64,000 bases of DNA, taken from assembly GCA_964016885.1 (NCBI GenBank), contig OZ024743.1, positions 44,764,001 to 44,828,000 on the forward strand. Direction: 5' to 3'. Origin of the DNA: Eledone cirrhosa. Its lineage: Eukaryota. This document shows, in pieces, positions 14,525 through 27,916 of this stretch. Every line of letters starts with the position of its first letter. The stretch's first letter is position 1. The notes below the pieces were generated by a model. That model was not told the DNA's origin. It worked only from the letters and a program-made list of their open reading frames with translations, and made no database searches. A program made the translations under genes and the position numbers.

Positions 14525-15651
14525 ATGTTACATTTAAAGCAAGAGAAATTAGTTGGCCTAAACCAATTAAATCAAACATTAATTAGAATTAGATTGGTTA
14601 GAGGTGCTGTTGCCTCTGTTGATTTCATTAAGTTGAAAGAGAATTTAAGATAGTTTAATAGTTTCCTTTGTATATTTATCTGATTACTTGGTGTAGAAAA
14701 TAATTGTATTTTACACTAAGAATCACTTCGGAAATAGTAAAAGTAAAAGACAACTAAATGGTTTAATTGCAAGCCTGTAAATTAAATCAAATTCTTGAAC
14801 CAAAGCACTGTTTAAGATATTCTTTTTTGTCGCTTTATGTACTTCGTCGGCATAATTGGCTTCAATTAGCTTATTACTGTAACGACACTCAGTCTTTTCT
14901 TTCCTAAATGTAAACAGCTTTCGAGAGTTTCAAAGTAACGTTATTTAACATGAATTTCATACTGGCGTATTGGACCATCGTTGGTTCTGACGTAGAGCGA
15001 TCCAATTGTTCGATCAACAGGACAGCCTATGTGTGAAATTAACACGCAATTGACTGAGTATTCTATAAAATATGTGTAGCCTTAAAGCTATTCTCAGAGT
15101 GCGCTTTTATAGAGTGCGAGCAGGACCTATCAGAGGGCGGGGGAGGGGGTCCAGTCGGTACTGTGTTCCGGACCCTAAGAGCTAAGACGGCCCCACAACA
15201 ACCATGCAACATCCATTTTGAGAAAAGTCTTTGCGCGCTTCAGGCCCCAAATGGGTCTTGTACTGCCTTGAAAAGTTTCTCTTGAGTGTGCGACAATACT
15301 ATTTCTATGAATTACAGTTATAAATCATGTTTGCCAGCTGGGTCAGGAGTAAGGTGAAATAAAATATTGTACTCCTACGAGAATCGAACTTACCACCATA
15401 TCATATTGAATCAAATAACCTACGCACTAAACAACGATTTTGGATATTGTTTAATTCTTTTACTAATTTCATAATCTCCGGCCATGGTGGTACTCCAGCT
15501 TGAAAGGATTTTAATCGGTCATATCAACCCCAATGATTAGTTTTCAAATCTGTTAATTAAGTGTATTGACTTTTTTTACAGCTATATTATGAGACATGGA
15601 CGTTGATACATACAAAAATGTAAATAAAACAAACACGCATATATATATATA

Positions 15652-15687
<36 letters not shown>

Positions 15688-16469
15688 GTGTTTACAGTCC
15701 CTTGATTATATATATATATATATTGGGAAATGTGTGAGATCCTTGGTACAGTTAGGTATATTTGAAAACAATTTGATTTCATTTTTGTTATATTATAATA
15801 TTATGAGTTGGTAGATCTAGTAGGTTCTTTGTTAACTTCGGTGGGAAAATTTTTAAAGATACCCGGTTAACTCTGTAGGAGAACTTTCTCCCATTCGTCG
15901 GTGGCGATTGTCAAACTGAGATCAGGTTGTGTTGTGATGTGTCACATTCAAATGCATTTATAGATATGCATGTATGCGCATACTTAGCAGTTGCATTATC
16001 ATAGCGTGGCTCGCGATAAGGGTGTATATTAATACATATACAATACTGTTTCAAGCTGGGATCATTTCACAACTATATCAGTGTTGCAGGAACTCAGTAG
16101 ATATATAAGAATGCCAGACGGCTATTTCTGAATTGTCATCCTTAATCGGTGACGTTTATTCACTCGCTACTGAGATGAGAATAGGCTAAAACCTATGATT
16201 TTTGCACATAAAACGTCGGCTCGAGATCCTTGTGTGTATATAGTACGACCTTACCTTGCTACGATTATTTAGCTGTAGCATATCGTCGCTCAAACTACAT
16301 GCACAGAAGCATATACGATATGTTTATGAAGAATAAGCATATCATATATGCTTCCATAATAAAAGAGCGATCAACTTTCGTCAAGTCGGACCGGGGAAAC
16401 AACGTTTCCATTGGTCTTTCCAGTTGCTAATACTATCTATCGGTCGCAACTCCAGGTAGAAAGAGCAAC

Positions 16470-16580
16470 GTGAAATAAAGTGTCTTGCTCAAGGACATAA
16501 CGCACCGCCCGGTCCGGGAATCGAACTCACAACCCCACGATTGCGAATCCAATTCTCTAACCGCTAAGCCACACGCCTTC
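16470..16580 (-). mobile_element. tRNA-derived SINE head
   Basis: Minus strand GGCGTGTGGCTTAGCGGTTAGAG (A box) ... GAGTTCGATTCCC (B box) ... ttgagcaagacacttta. Confidence 0.7.
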
Positions 16581-16604
16581 ATATATGTTTCCATATATAC
16601 ACCC

Positions 16605-16920
16605 GTAGTAGTTAGAGCTTTGGACTTACAAGCGTCATGTTGTAAGTTCGCTTCCCGGACTGGGTGGTGTGTTGTGTCCATGAGTACGACACTTAATTTC
16701 ACGTGACCACAGTTTACTCAGCTGTAGAAATGAACTGCGACGGCACTAATGTCAAGCTATATCGGTGTTTGCCCTCCATCTTGGATAAAATCGTTGAGAG
16801 AGGAGGCTAGTGTGAATGGGTGACTGCTGGAATTCTACAAAAACATCTTACCCAGACTTTGTGACTCTGAGGTAAACTTTCTAGGTGCAAATCCCACGGT
16901 CATTCGTAACTGAAGTGTGT
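16605..16920 (+). mobile_element. tRNA-derived SINE
   Basis: tagtagttagagc ... aagttcgcttccc ... gtgtccatgagtacgacactt; same family as 16470-16580 in the opposite orientation. Confidence 0.6.
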
Positions 16921-16995
16921 GTCTACCTCTACACTCCTAGTATACATACATACATACATACATACATACATACATACATACATACATACATACAT

Positions 16996-17425
16996 AAACT
17001 TGAAAATAAAAACAGCCACCAAATTAAAGCACAACCGGCCTAATATTGTTGTTTGGGACCACACATGGAAAACGTGCTGTTGTAGAGATCAGCTGCCTAC
17101 TTCATGTCAACATTGTAAGATAAATAAAGGAGGAGGACATCTACGGATGTCTATCCAAGATACACTTTCAGCTTCATACACATTATTATTGGAGCTACAG
17201 GTTATATACAAACCCGCTTGGACCAAAGTATAACTGAACTTGGATTTGTGGGCAAAGAGTCCAGCTCCTTCATTCATAGATTACAAATGGCTGCGATATC
17301 TGGCACCTTCAAAATTAGCAAAAAATTCTTGCGATTCAAGGGATGATAATTTCTTTTCTTTTACAACCTTGCCACCAGCAATGTCACCGGTCAAAAATGT
17401 ACTCGAAATTAAAAGAAAGAGAAAC
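16996..17425 (+). pseudogene. Dong/R4-like LINE 3' end (restriction-like endonuclease) inside (CATA)n
   Basis: IKTATKLKHNRPNIVVWD (RPD motif), VEISC and IIIGATGYI across frameshifts; (CATA)n on both sides. Confidence 0.7.
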
Positions 17426-17490
17426 ATACATACATAATACATGATGGCTGCCCCCTCGTTATCGAGTATGGCCATTGCACAAGAAAAAAA

Positions 17491-17534
<44 letters not shown>

Positions 17535-17602
17535 CATATACACACATACATATATATATATATATACATACATATGCATATACATACATATACATTAATA
17601 AC

Positions 17603-17637
<35 letters not shown>

Positions 17638-17730
17638 CAATAATAACGACAACAACAACAATAATAATATACATATACATATATATATACATACATACGC
17701 ACACACATAAACATATCTATACACACACAC

Positions 17731-19460
17731 GCGATAGTAACTAACAGCGCTGCGATCGAATGTGGCTTTTTAGCCCAGCCAATGATCTAAAATGTCTTGC
17801 ACAGAGTTGGCAACCAAAAGAATTCACTGGGAATAGCCGGCTGTAGTTGGAGTTCATGTACTTTTGCATGTCGCTTGAGCCCATCTTGCTGATTTACATT
17901 CTCTACCACATGCTTGGCAAGCATGATGAGCAGCATCTCCAACAGCAGCCTGGTGGTCAACCACTGGTCTTACTTTATGACTGCGAAGATGACTTTCGAG
18001 TACAGCTTTGCTTAGGCAGAGTCTCGCATAGACGCTGCATGTCAGCACCATAGGAGGACCCTCGCCGTCTGGAAGTGCAACAGCAATGCTCTTCCTCACA
18101 TCCCGCTTTACTTTCTCGTATGCGATTCGAGATGCCTCAAAGGCAACGTTTCCCTCATATACAGTCTTTCTACATTTATTACGATCAGCACAATATTTTC
18201 CCATGTATCAGCTGAGATGTTAGCGTCTTTCAAAGAGGCTTTCAAGGTATCCTTATACCTTTTTTTGGTTTATGTGGCGGTCGTTTTCCTTTAACTAACT
18301 CTCCATAAAAGAGTTGTTTTGGTATTCTAGAATCCTTCATCCTGGCAAGGTAACCACTTCAACGGAGTCGTTGCTTAAGCACAAGAGCTTCTATACTGTC
18401 ACACATAGAGCTTTCCAAAATCTCGACATCACTGATGTTGTCCCTCCAGTGAACGCCATGGATCCGTCTGAGACACATCTGATGGAAACGCTCCAGTTGC
18501 TTAAGGTGGTGTCGATATGTGACCCAGGTCTCGCAGGCATAAAGAAGACAAGAGAGCACACATGCCTTGTACACCTTTACCTTTGTCCTCTTTACTTTTG
18601 TCTTTGCAGCAAAGCGCCTGATGATAAATATGCTGCTTGAGGTTCGATATCGGATGTAAACACCATGCTCGCAATTCCTGAATGCAATACAGAAAACCAT
18701 TGCAAAGTATATGGCAAACAGGGTCACTGCTGGTATATCCCCCTGTTTTACTCCATTTTTTTTACTGAGATGGGCTCCGACATGTTACCTCCGACATTAA
18801 CCCAAGCCTTCATGTCGTCATGGAAAGACCTAACTAAAGCAAGGAACTTATCGGGCAACCAAGTTTCTGGAGAACCTTCCATAATGCATTTCTGTTAATA
18901 TTATCGAAGGCTTTTGTCAAATCGACAAAAACCTGATACAGATCCAAACTTTGTTCCATGCACTTCTCCTGGAGCTGTCTAGCTGAGAAGATCATATCAA
19001 TAGTGCCGCGTCCAGCACGAAAACCAGATTGACTTTCAGGAAGAACACAATCTGCAATGTGTGTCAGCAGACGGTCCAGAAGCACCCTACATAAAACTTT
19101 CCCTACGACAGAAAGCAATGATATACCTCTACAGTTCCCACAATCATTCCTGTTACCCTTTACCTTGTACAAGACCACCATTACTGCATCTCTCCAGTCC
19201 TTAGATGCGGATTCATTAGCCCATATCCTGCCAAACAAAGAGTGAAGATGTTGCAGGAGTCTCTCACCACCATATTGTAGGAGCTCAGCATGTATGCCAT
19301 CCATACCTGGAGACCTTCCACTTTCCAGCTTCGAGATAGCCACTGCAACCTCCACAAGTGTCGGAGGTTCTGCGAGAGCTACTTTCACAGGACTTTCTGG
19401 AATGAGATTGAGGAAATCTTCATTGACGACAGACGGGTGATTCAAAAGATCATCAAAGAT
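17731..19460 (-). pseudogene. RTE-clade LINE, truncated and deleted RT
   Basis: SPGMDGI, GNCRGISLLSVVGK, PESQSGFRAGRGT, FVDLTKAFD, KVYKACVLSCLLYACETW; C-terminal Zn-finger-like remnant; stops and frameshifts. Confidence 0.9.
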
Positions 19461-19964
19461 AATACATACATTCATACATAATACATACATTTATTCATTC
19501 ATATAGACATGTATATATACCTACATACATACATACATACACTCATACATTGTGCTAACATTTCATTGTATATTATCATATGCTGTATGTTTGATGTTCT
19601 TGTTGGTGTTTTGATATTGTTATTTTCAGTTTTATTTCATTTTACTTGCAAAGACAATCATATAATCAACTTTATATGTATTTATAATACAATTCACGGA
19701 GAAGACAACAAACCTGTTCTCCGAAGTAGATAGAAGCCAATATTATCATTGAAGTCAAGTTTCGTTTGATGTATCGATTAAGTTATGCAACTGCTATTCA
19801 GATAAACCAGCATACTAGCTGCAGCGCAGTGAAGGTGAAACTTTATTGTATAACAATCAAACAGTTTGCCATAGGCCAACCTTGCTCTAATGTATACTGA
19901 AGTATAAATGTACTTTCATTTTATTAATTTGTTTTATGTTACACATAAAACCAAGATTTGTGAA

Positions 19965-20300
19965 GGCACGGGGCTTAGTAGTTAGAGTGTTTGATTCACA
20001 GGTGTGAGGTTAGGAGGTCGTGAATTCACTTCCCTTTGATGTGTTGTGCCCTTGGCGCTTTATTTTATGTTACTCCAATCCCCTCACCTGGCAAATATCA
20101 GTTGTACCTGTAATTCAAATACTGTGTCCATTTGTGTACCTGTAATTCAAAGGGGCGTCTTTGACTGTGTCCCATTGAATCTCTCTGGGGATTATATAAG
20201 TGTACACGTGTCTGTGAAATGTTAAACCACTTGCACTTTAATTTCACGTGCAGGCTCTTCCATTGTCCGATCAATTAGATCACTTTTCGTCGGAATCGAT
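19965..20300 (+). mobile_element. Degenerate tRNA-derived SINE
   Basis: ggcacggggcttagtagttagagtg A-box head; body similar to 16605-16920. Confidence 0.55.
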
Positions 20301-20807
20301 TGAGGTAGATTGAACTACAATATCGCATGTATAAAATCAAGATCTGCTGTTTCAAAAGAGAGAAAGGTATTTACTAATTGAACTACAACTGGTGTTTTGT
20401 AACGAAAGAAATGGTGTAAATGAAAATGGAAACTTCTCGTTTATCCGCAAAACTTATACTGAGATCCTGAAATGCAATAAATTAGTAGTCATTTGAACGT
20501 CATATAAAATGCTTCACGGTATTCCTTCCGGCTTGCTGCACGCTGAATTCAAATCCCTCAATGACAAATTTGCCTTTTATCATCTTGGGTTCTATAAATA
20601 TAGTACCACTCTAGTATTGGAGGTTCGATATATTCTTTGCATCTCTTTCGCCCCCCCCCCCACCCCACCCCACCCCACCCCCTCTATCTCTCTCTCTCAC
20701 TCACTCTCTCTCTCTCTTTATTCTCTTCATTCGGAAGACATTGCCCATGTTCTGACTTGGAGAGGATGGGTTTAGCTAGGTTTTGATATGTTAAGCCTTC
20801 ATTATTG

Positions 20808-20991
20808 GTCGGTGGATTGGCAGTATCGGTAGAGGGTCGGACGCCATGCTTTCCAGCATAGTTACGTCCCTTTACGATCTGAGTTCAAATCCCGCCGAGC
20901 TTGACTTTGCCTTTCATCCTTACGGGGTCGATAAAATAAAGTACCAGTAATGCACTGGGTAATTGCTGGCCTTGTGCCTAAAGTAGAAACA
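20808..20991 (+). mobile_element. tRNA-derived SINE with 7-bp TSD (attattg)
   Basis: TGGCAGTATCGG A box, GAGTTCAAATCCC B box; attattg at 20801-20807 and 20992-20998. Confidence 0.8.
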
Positions 20992-21084
20992 ATTATTGAT
21001 TGGTGACGCGCGTTTCGCTATTGATCAGCTCAAGGTTCGTCACCAATCAATAAACGTAATGAAGGTTTAATAAATCGTCCTTCA

Positions 21085-21188
21085 ATTATTTTAACTTTGC
21101 CTTTCAATCCTTACGGCGTCGATAAAATAAAGTACCAGTAATACACTGGGTAATTGCTGGCCTTGTGCCAAAAGTAGAAACAATTATT
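21085..21188 (+). mobile_element. 5'-truncated copy of the same SINE
   Basis: Matches the 3' half of 20808-20991. Confidence 0.75.
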
Positions 21189-21298
21189 ATATTATTATAT
21201 TAAATTGTATCTAACTCTACACTTCGCTACTGACGTGAACCTAAACGTCTAATGCTCACCTGGGTTAACCTATAGCAACTTCCCGTTACACTCCCTGG

Positions 21299-21359
<61 letters not shown>

Positions 21360-21379
21360 CATGTCTGTGTATATATGTC

Positions 21380-21575
21380 AGGTCACTCTCGAGTGCTACT
21401 GGTAACATGTAACCCAGTACAACCTGTCTCATGGTCGGGTCGTCGGCGACTAAACCGGCAATCCCACCAAGCTTGCTGTGGTGAGGAGAGGGGGAATATT
21501 TGGACACCCTGCGAGATGAAATACAAGACCCTGCAAAGGGAGGAGGAACTCAGCAGAGTCAACGACCATCCAAAT
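21380..21575 (+). repeat. Interspersed repeat (second copy at 22808-22998); probably a retroelement 5' region or SINE
   Basis: actctcgagtgctactggtaacatgtaa...ggtcgggtcgtcggcgactaaac shared by both copies. Confidence 0.7.
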
Positions 21576-22807
21576 AGAACTTTTTTCTTTCTTTTTTTTT
21601 TTTCACCTGGAGGTGAAAGGAGCCCAGTAGTTGTCACAATACCTTTCTAAGAGAGGGTTCGGAAACATCTAATGGCGTTGACCAGTTCTCCTTTTCAGGT
21701 AGTGTTTTCGATGCTCATAGAGTGGGATAGGTCGAGTGCAAGTCCTTTCACACTTAAAAAAAACCTTCAAAGCACAGGCATTGCTAGTTCGGGATATGTT
21801 ACAGGATCGTGTGGCTGGCTGTAGCTTAAAGGCGTTTCATTTTCTGTAATCTGACAAGCGATTGCAATACTCTTAGCAGAGTTTGCAGCCACCATGTATG
21901 TGTGTGCGTGTAAGTGTGTGCGTGCATATGTGTGTATGTGTGAATGTGTGCGAGTGCTGTGTCGGTAGCTCAGTCTCTTTCTCTTTCTAGCTCTCTCTTT
22001 CTCCCTCTTTCTCAGGGTCTCTCTCTCCCTCTCTTTTCCTCTTTCATTCTTAGCGACTGTGCGACTGTGTGTCCTATAATGTGGATCAATAGATGAATCA
22101 CTGATGTGATTTAAGACGAGATTTTGAATAACGTCTATTGGTCAAGAGAGATTATACTGGATAAGTAAATATCGGTATGAAACTGGTTTATCCACGAGAA
22201 AGGTTAATATTATAGGTCAGTACTATTTCCAGCAATGTTATAAGCATTTATTTTATAAATAACAACTTTTAAAGCTGAAGACATTGTTACAGTATTAAGT
22301 AGGTGAGTGTTCCACAGACACGATCACATTTAACGGAATTCTCAGGGTGACGAGATTAAGTTTTTGAATTAAAGACAAAAGTCCATTCGATACACTTCTT
22401 AATAAATTCAGTCATAAGGCTTGGATCGACCCCAGGCTACCATTAAAATACTTTCCCAAAATGCAAGACACCGCGATCCAGCTTGGAAACTCATGATTGT
22501 ATCCGTACTCATATATATTTATTATTAGTATTACTATTATATACATCCTTAGGGATTAGCAGTACCGGTAGGGCGCTGGACATGTGTGTAGCATAGAGTT
22601 GCTTGTTTTAAGGTTTTGCAAATTTTAAAACTATGTTGAATATAAAGTTAATATTAAATCCTGTACTAGCGTAAACATAATCGACATTCTCCCATTCCCC
22701 AGATTGCTGGCCTTGTGCCAATGTTAGCCAACATTATTATAAAGTTGGTATAGATGTTCCATGCGTAATTCTTTGACGATAAGTATATTTTAAAGCTATG
22801 TAATTTA

Positions 22808-22998
22808 AGGTTACTCTTGAGTGCTACAGGTAACATGTAAACCAATACAACCTTTCGCATGGTCGGGTCGTCGGCGACTAAACTGGCAACCCCACCAAGT
22901 TTACTTGGTGAGGAGGGTGATTTTGGACACCCTGTAGGACAAAAAACAAAACCTGACAAAGGGCGGAAGAACTCATAAGAGTCAACGGCCATCCAAAA
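22808..22998 (+). repeat. Second copy of the 21380-21575 repeat
   Basis: Direct sequence similarity. Confidence 0.7.
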
Positions 22999-23061
22999 AT
23001 GTGTAAATATGTATATACACATGTACATATGTATGTGCATGTATATGCGTGTGTATATGCT

Positions 23062-23725
23062 TCGGGTGTCAGGGATGAGCATGTACCTCTATAGGGAAGG
23101 CTAGCCATGCCCTTTTCAGGACAGCTCGTCCTGCATTGGGTCCCACCTGACACTCAGCTCTCACCTGTAGCTCCAAGAAGCTGTAGCATGCGACAGCGGC
23201 CACACCCAGCTAAACCGCCTTGACAGGCAGGCTGAACGAGGTTGAGAGTAGCCGGACGGATCTGAAACCCCCCTGTGAGTTAGATACGGGGTGCCTGCCT
23301 CTGCATGTGAAAACTGGACCCGGCGGAGTGAGTGGAGCAGGACAACATCGCCCCAACGGTCACAAAGGCGGCGACAGGAAGCGGTGTGGAGCGCTAGGGC
23401 ACGGCAAGGCACTACAGACGTCGTGGCCATCCACTGCAGCCAAGGAAATCCCTGGTCGTGACGGTCCTCCGTACCACCGGATTCTGGCTTCTGCGGCCGA
23501 GTGAGTGGGACTGTCACTGTGCACTAGCCACTATAAACCTTTCCTGCACAAGTTTCTTCTTTAGCATGCATTCCCAAAGCCCTGCGGCGATGGGCGAGAG
23601 GTGGAGGTAACCTCTGGGAGTTGCCGGTCTGACTCCGGTCTCTTCCCCTGCCTCCACTATCCCCTGACCTGCATGTCAAGGATCGGCCTCCACAGCCACC
23701 TTCGTTCACACGGCAGACGGGAACA
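23062..23725 (+). mobile_element. Probable RTE/BovB-like LINE 5' UTR fragment
   Basis: GC-rich island; ctctcacctgtagctccaagaagctgtagcatgc...gcggccacacc resembles RTE 5' UTRs as I recall them (not searched). Confidence 0.45.
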
Positions 23726-24110
23726 AAAATAAAGAAGATTTACAATGAACAAGCAAGAAGAAGAATTTAGGTGAATATTAAATCAGATGATGTAATTGAA
23801 AAGTTTTCTTCTAAACTCCTAACAATAATTACATACTTATATACATTTATTCTAAAATAGAGATTAAAAGGGAATATTAAATCAAATGATGCAATTGAAA
23901 AGTTTCCTTCTAGACACCTAACAATATTTAATTATCTATATACACGTATTCTGAAATAGAGATTAAAAATGTATTAAACTAAATCTCACAAATATGACAT
24001 TTCAACCTCTTAGCAAAAGTAAAATGTTATTTCAGTTTCTAATTTGAAATAACTGTCACACGTTTTACTGTATTTTATGTATCCATATGCCTATATATAT
24101 ATATATAGGA

Positions 24111-24322
24111 AAAGGTATGACGCCGACGGCAGAGCTCAAGCAGTTTCGACGGCTATTTCCTTACCACTATTACTTTGTTATTTAGCTCCTATCTCTGTAG
24201 TAGAGTACTTTCCATATCTACCACGCCATATCCCGACTTTTCCACCCAGCTCAAGTTTCTTCACCCTAGTCCAGAAATAGCCGTCGAAACGGCTTGAGCT
24301 CTGCCGTCGGGTTCATACTTTT
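24111..24322. mobile_element. MITE-like element or hairpin with ~48-bp inverted repeats
   Basis: ccgacggcagagctcaagcagtttcgacggctattt ... aaatagccgtcgaaacggcttgagctctgccgtcgg. Confidence 0.6.
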
Positions 24323-24405
24323 TGCTATTTCCCACTCTACTACCCTAAGTATTGAGTACTCTGGTGCGTTATGGTCCATCTGGTTCCTTACCACAACTCC
24401 TTTGT

Positions 24406-24441
<36 letters not shown>

Positions 24442-24629
24442 CATACTACTGTACGTCTGTAATGTTGTGTGTGTGTGTGTCTATCTATCTATACTATCTA
24501 TCTATTTATCTGCCTATCTATCTATCTATCTATCTTATCTATATACCTATCTATACTATTTTTTTATTTATCTATCTATCTATCTATCCATCGTAAAGCC
24601 TACAGTAAACGGATTACCACTTTAGTTAA

Positions 24630-27465
24630 AGGCCAGTTGACAGGGGCCATCGTCAACAACAGTTGGTGGTGCTCTGTCAGAAGTGTAATTAAAGTAGAAT
24701 CAATAGTAAGGAATTAGCTTTAGAAAAAATAAAACTGAAAAGGGACTGGTAGCCAAAGTAGAAGGGGCACTTAGGAATGGCAGTACAACTGACGGGCTAG
24801 CAGCAAGAACGGTACTAGACCAGTTCTTCAACGTGAAACACGGTTATATTGTCAGAAGTAGAACACGTGCCATGAGAAACGAGTGAGCCAAATCTGTTAG
24901 CTGAGCCCGAGTGGCAGAGGCAAAATGTGGAAGACCAACACGGGCGCATGGCACTTGAATCCAAGCAGATGTGTACGGCCTTCCAGCAGCACTTTTCACA
25001 ACTGTTCGAGCAGAGCGGTGCGTCGAGCGGGCTGATGGACTTCAGTTCCTTCCGCCACGGCCTACCCTCGACTAACGCGGATGCAGAGAGCTGCGAAAGG
25101 CCGATAACAGCTGGCGAAATAGAAGACGCCCTAAGCCGTTGTGGGAAACGCAAATCACCCGGTTTAGGTGGTCTACCCTATAAGTTTTACATAGGTATGC
25201 CAGATTTGTTCTCTGACGTCCTCGAAGCGGTCTACTGCAACTTCACAGCAGAACAGGAGAATCCCCAGTACTGTAAGCATAGGCGTAGTACCGCTGATCA
25301 GGAAAGGTGATAACAAAGGGCATAATATAAGTAACTTCCGGCCCATAACTCTGCTCAAAACAGAGTTGAAGATTTTGGCCAAAATGTTAGCAACGAGGCA
25401 GGCGCACGTCGTCGAGAACCTGGTGGGACAAGTGCAAACGTGTACAATCCCGTCCAGGTCCATACACGACAAGCACCACCTCATGCGATACATCATAGAG
25501 AGGGTATGGTGTAAACCTGGCTTCGGTGGGGCTGTGATCAATTTAGATAAATCTAGGCATTTGATAGGGTCGACCACCAATACTTGGAAGCGGTTCTAAA
25601 GGCGGCCAGTTTCGGTTCCGTCTTCAGAAGCTGGATCGCTGCCATGCACAGCAACATCTGCACGGCAGTCAAGATAAATGGCTACCTATCGGAGCCATTC
25701 CGAATCATGCGTTCCATCCGTCAAGGATTCCCTTTCTCTTCCATTCTGTATGTGCTGATTCTCGAGCTACTACTGCTGAAGTTGGAGCTATTGCAGGGGT
25801 CCCGAACGAACCAGGACTGAGAAAAGCAGCGTCGACCTACGCTGACGACGTGACAGTAATTGTGTCGAAAACCTCGGAAATCGGGGTAATCGACAACTTA
25901 TTGCAGGAATACGAAACGTTGACAGGAGCAAGACTAACCCCGAACAATTATGTCGGCTTGCAGCCCAGTACATGGATAGGCAAAGTCATGCTGTCCGACT
26001 GTGTTGTTTGACGCTGGACGGAAGGACCGATGAAATTTCCCGGGGTATGGTTTGGTCCAGACCTCCAGGTGGACAAAAACTGGAACGAGGTCACGGCGAA
26101 GGTGTTTGCACTCACCCAGAAGTGGGCTGAGTGCAAACTCTCCTCAAAAGGTCGAGCGGACGGAGGTGGCGAACAGTTACATAGCGTTCGTCATCTACTA
26201 ACATTTGACATTGGTGCCTTGTCCCCATGATCAGCTCACCAAGATGGAGCGTTTTCTCTTCAAGGTCCTTTGGAAGAAACAGACTCCATTGGTGAGGAGA
26301 TCCATCTGCTGTCAACACCCTTCTAATGGAGGGTTGGACATGCCGTGGCTGATAATGTGCAAACACCCGCGGAGGCCACGCCATCTCCAGGTATTCGTGA
26401 TCAGTGAACCGGTGAGGTTTCGTTTGTGAGACGAGCTTTTCCACAACTCGTCTCGCTAACAGAGATGCAGTCCTGGGTCAAGCGAAGACCGAAAATAGGC
26501 GCCTGGCACCTCGAGTGCCTTCTGGAATTCACAGCCCTCTACCATGCATGAAGGGCATCAGCTGAGACTGCACGTCGTAATTCCATAGGGGATTAGTGAA
26601 GGATAAGTGCGACAATATTCTTGGGGTAAATCTAGGCATCGAAGAGGACGAACTGACCAGTCTCCTAGGGAGGACTTTCCGTCCAGGGCCTATGGATAAC
26701 TTCCAGAGGTCTCTGGTCTGGCAGTGTTACAGTGGAGCTCTACCAGTTCAAGACAAAATCTACAGGCGCGGACGCCTTGGCAGGGAGCCTGCGAAAAGGA
26801 CCTTTCCAAGATGCGAGCAAAACATTGAAACTGCAATTGTTCTGTGCCCAGGGGTAACCGACCTATGGAATTATATCGAACAGTTACTGTCACCTGTGGG
26901 ACGCATCCAGTTGTCAGCCGAGTCCATCGTGAGGATCACCCCGCCGCCTTCATTTAAGTATGAAGGAGAAGTTGTTTTCCTCTGTCTGGTGGCTATGGGC
27001 AAAGAGGTAATATGGTGGACGAGGTTAAAAGGACTGAGGGCAAACACCTTCCTCTCCGGACAACAACTCATCCCCTTCTTTAAGTACCACTTCAGAAGGA
27101 ATGTGAGTGTGGAAAGAGATGTGCTACACCCCAGTAGATTCGCTGAAAGGTGGGTGAATGTGGCGAAAATGGCCCGAGTGAATGGGCCTTCTCTGTATAT
27201 AAACCTGTAGGTTGAGGAAGACAAACTGAGGGAAGACGCAAACACCTATAAAACGTGCTCCTGGTGTTGAGGGTTGTTCTATCCACGGGGTGTAAAACAA
27301 CCCTGCAGTAACGTTTCCCCCTATTGGGGATTTCGATTGTTATTTCATCTTATATAGTTTATTGTTATTTATTAATGTTAAAGTGATATGACTTTTATGT
27401 AAAACCCCCGCCGTCACGTCTTGTAATGTCCCATGTTTTGTACGCGCCTGTGGCAAATAAAAAAA
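24630..27465 (+). pseudogene. L1/Tx1-clade LINE ORF2 (RT and C-terminal domain), degenerate, with poly-A
   Basis: KSPGLGGLP, NFRPITLL, SIRQGFP, TYADDVT, GGLDMP; ends aataaaaaaa; many frameshifts; 5' boundary approximate. Confidence 0.85.
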
Positions 27466-27634
27466 GATATCTATCTGTCCATCTATCTATCTACCCATCC
27501 ATCCATCCATCTATCTACCCATCCATCCATCAATCTATCTACCCATCCATCCATCAATCTATCTGTCTGTCTGTCTATCTACCTATCAGTTTCTATCTTT
27601 CTCTAGCTCTCTCGCTGCCATTCTCTCTTTCTAC

Positions 27635-27693
<59 letters not shown>

Positions 27694-27794
27694 CGTACAC
27701 TTGTAATTTGTTATTAATAGTAATTATTTAATTCGTGTCACCGACTGTTCTGAAAGGCCATGAAACGGTCATTACTAATTACAAATATTACATA

Positions 27795-27842
<48 letters not shown>

Positions 27843-27847
27843 ATATA

Positions 27848-27901
<54 letters not shown>

Positions 27902-27916
27902 AAATTATATATATAC

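Noticed and set aside
16500-16580. tRNA gene
   Set aside because: The tRNA-like head continues into a SINE body and has no proper acceptor stem
21410-21460. HDV-like or twister ribozyme in the 21380/22808 repeat
   Set aside because: P3-like ACC/GGU and CUAA are present, but I could not assign P1 or P1.1, and there is no twister core
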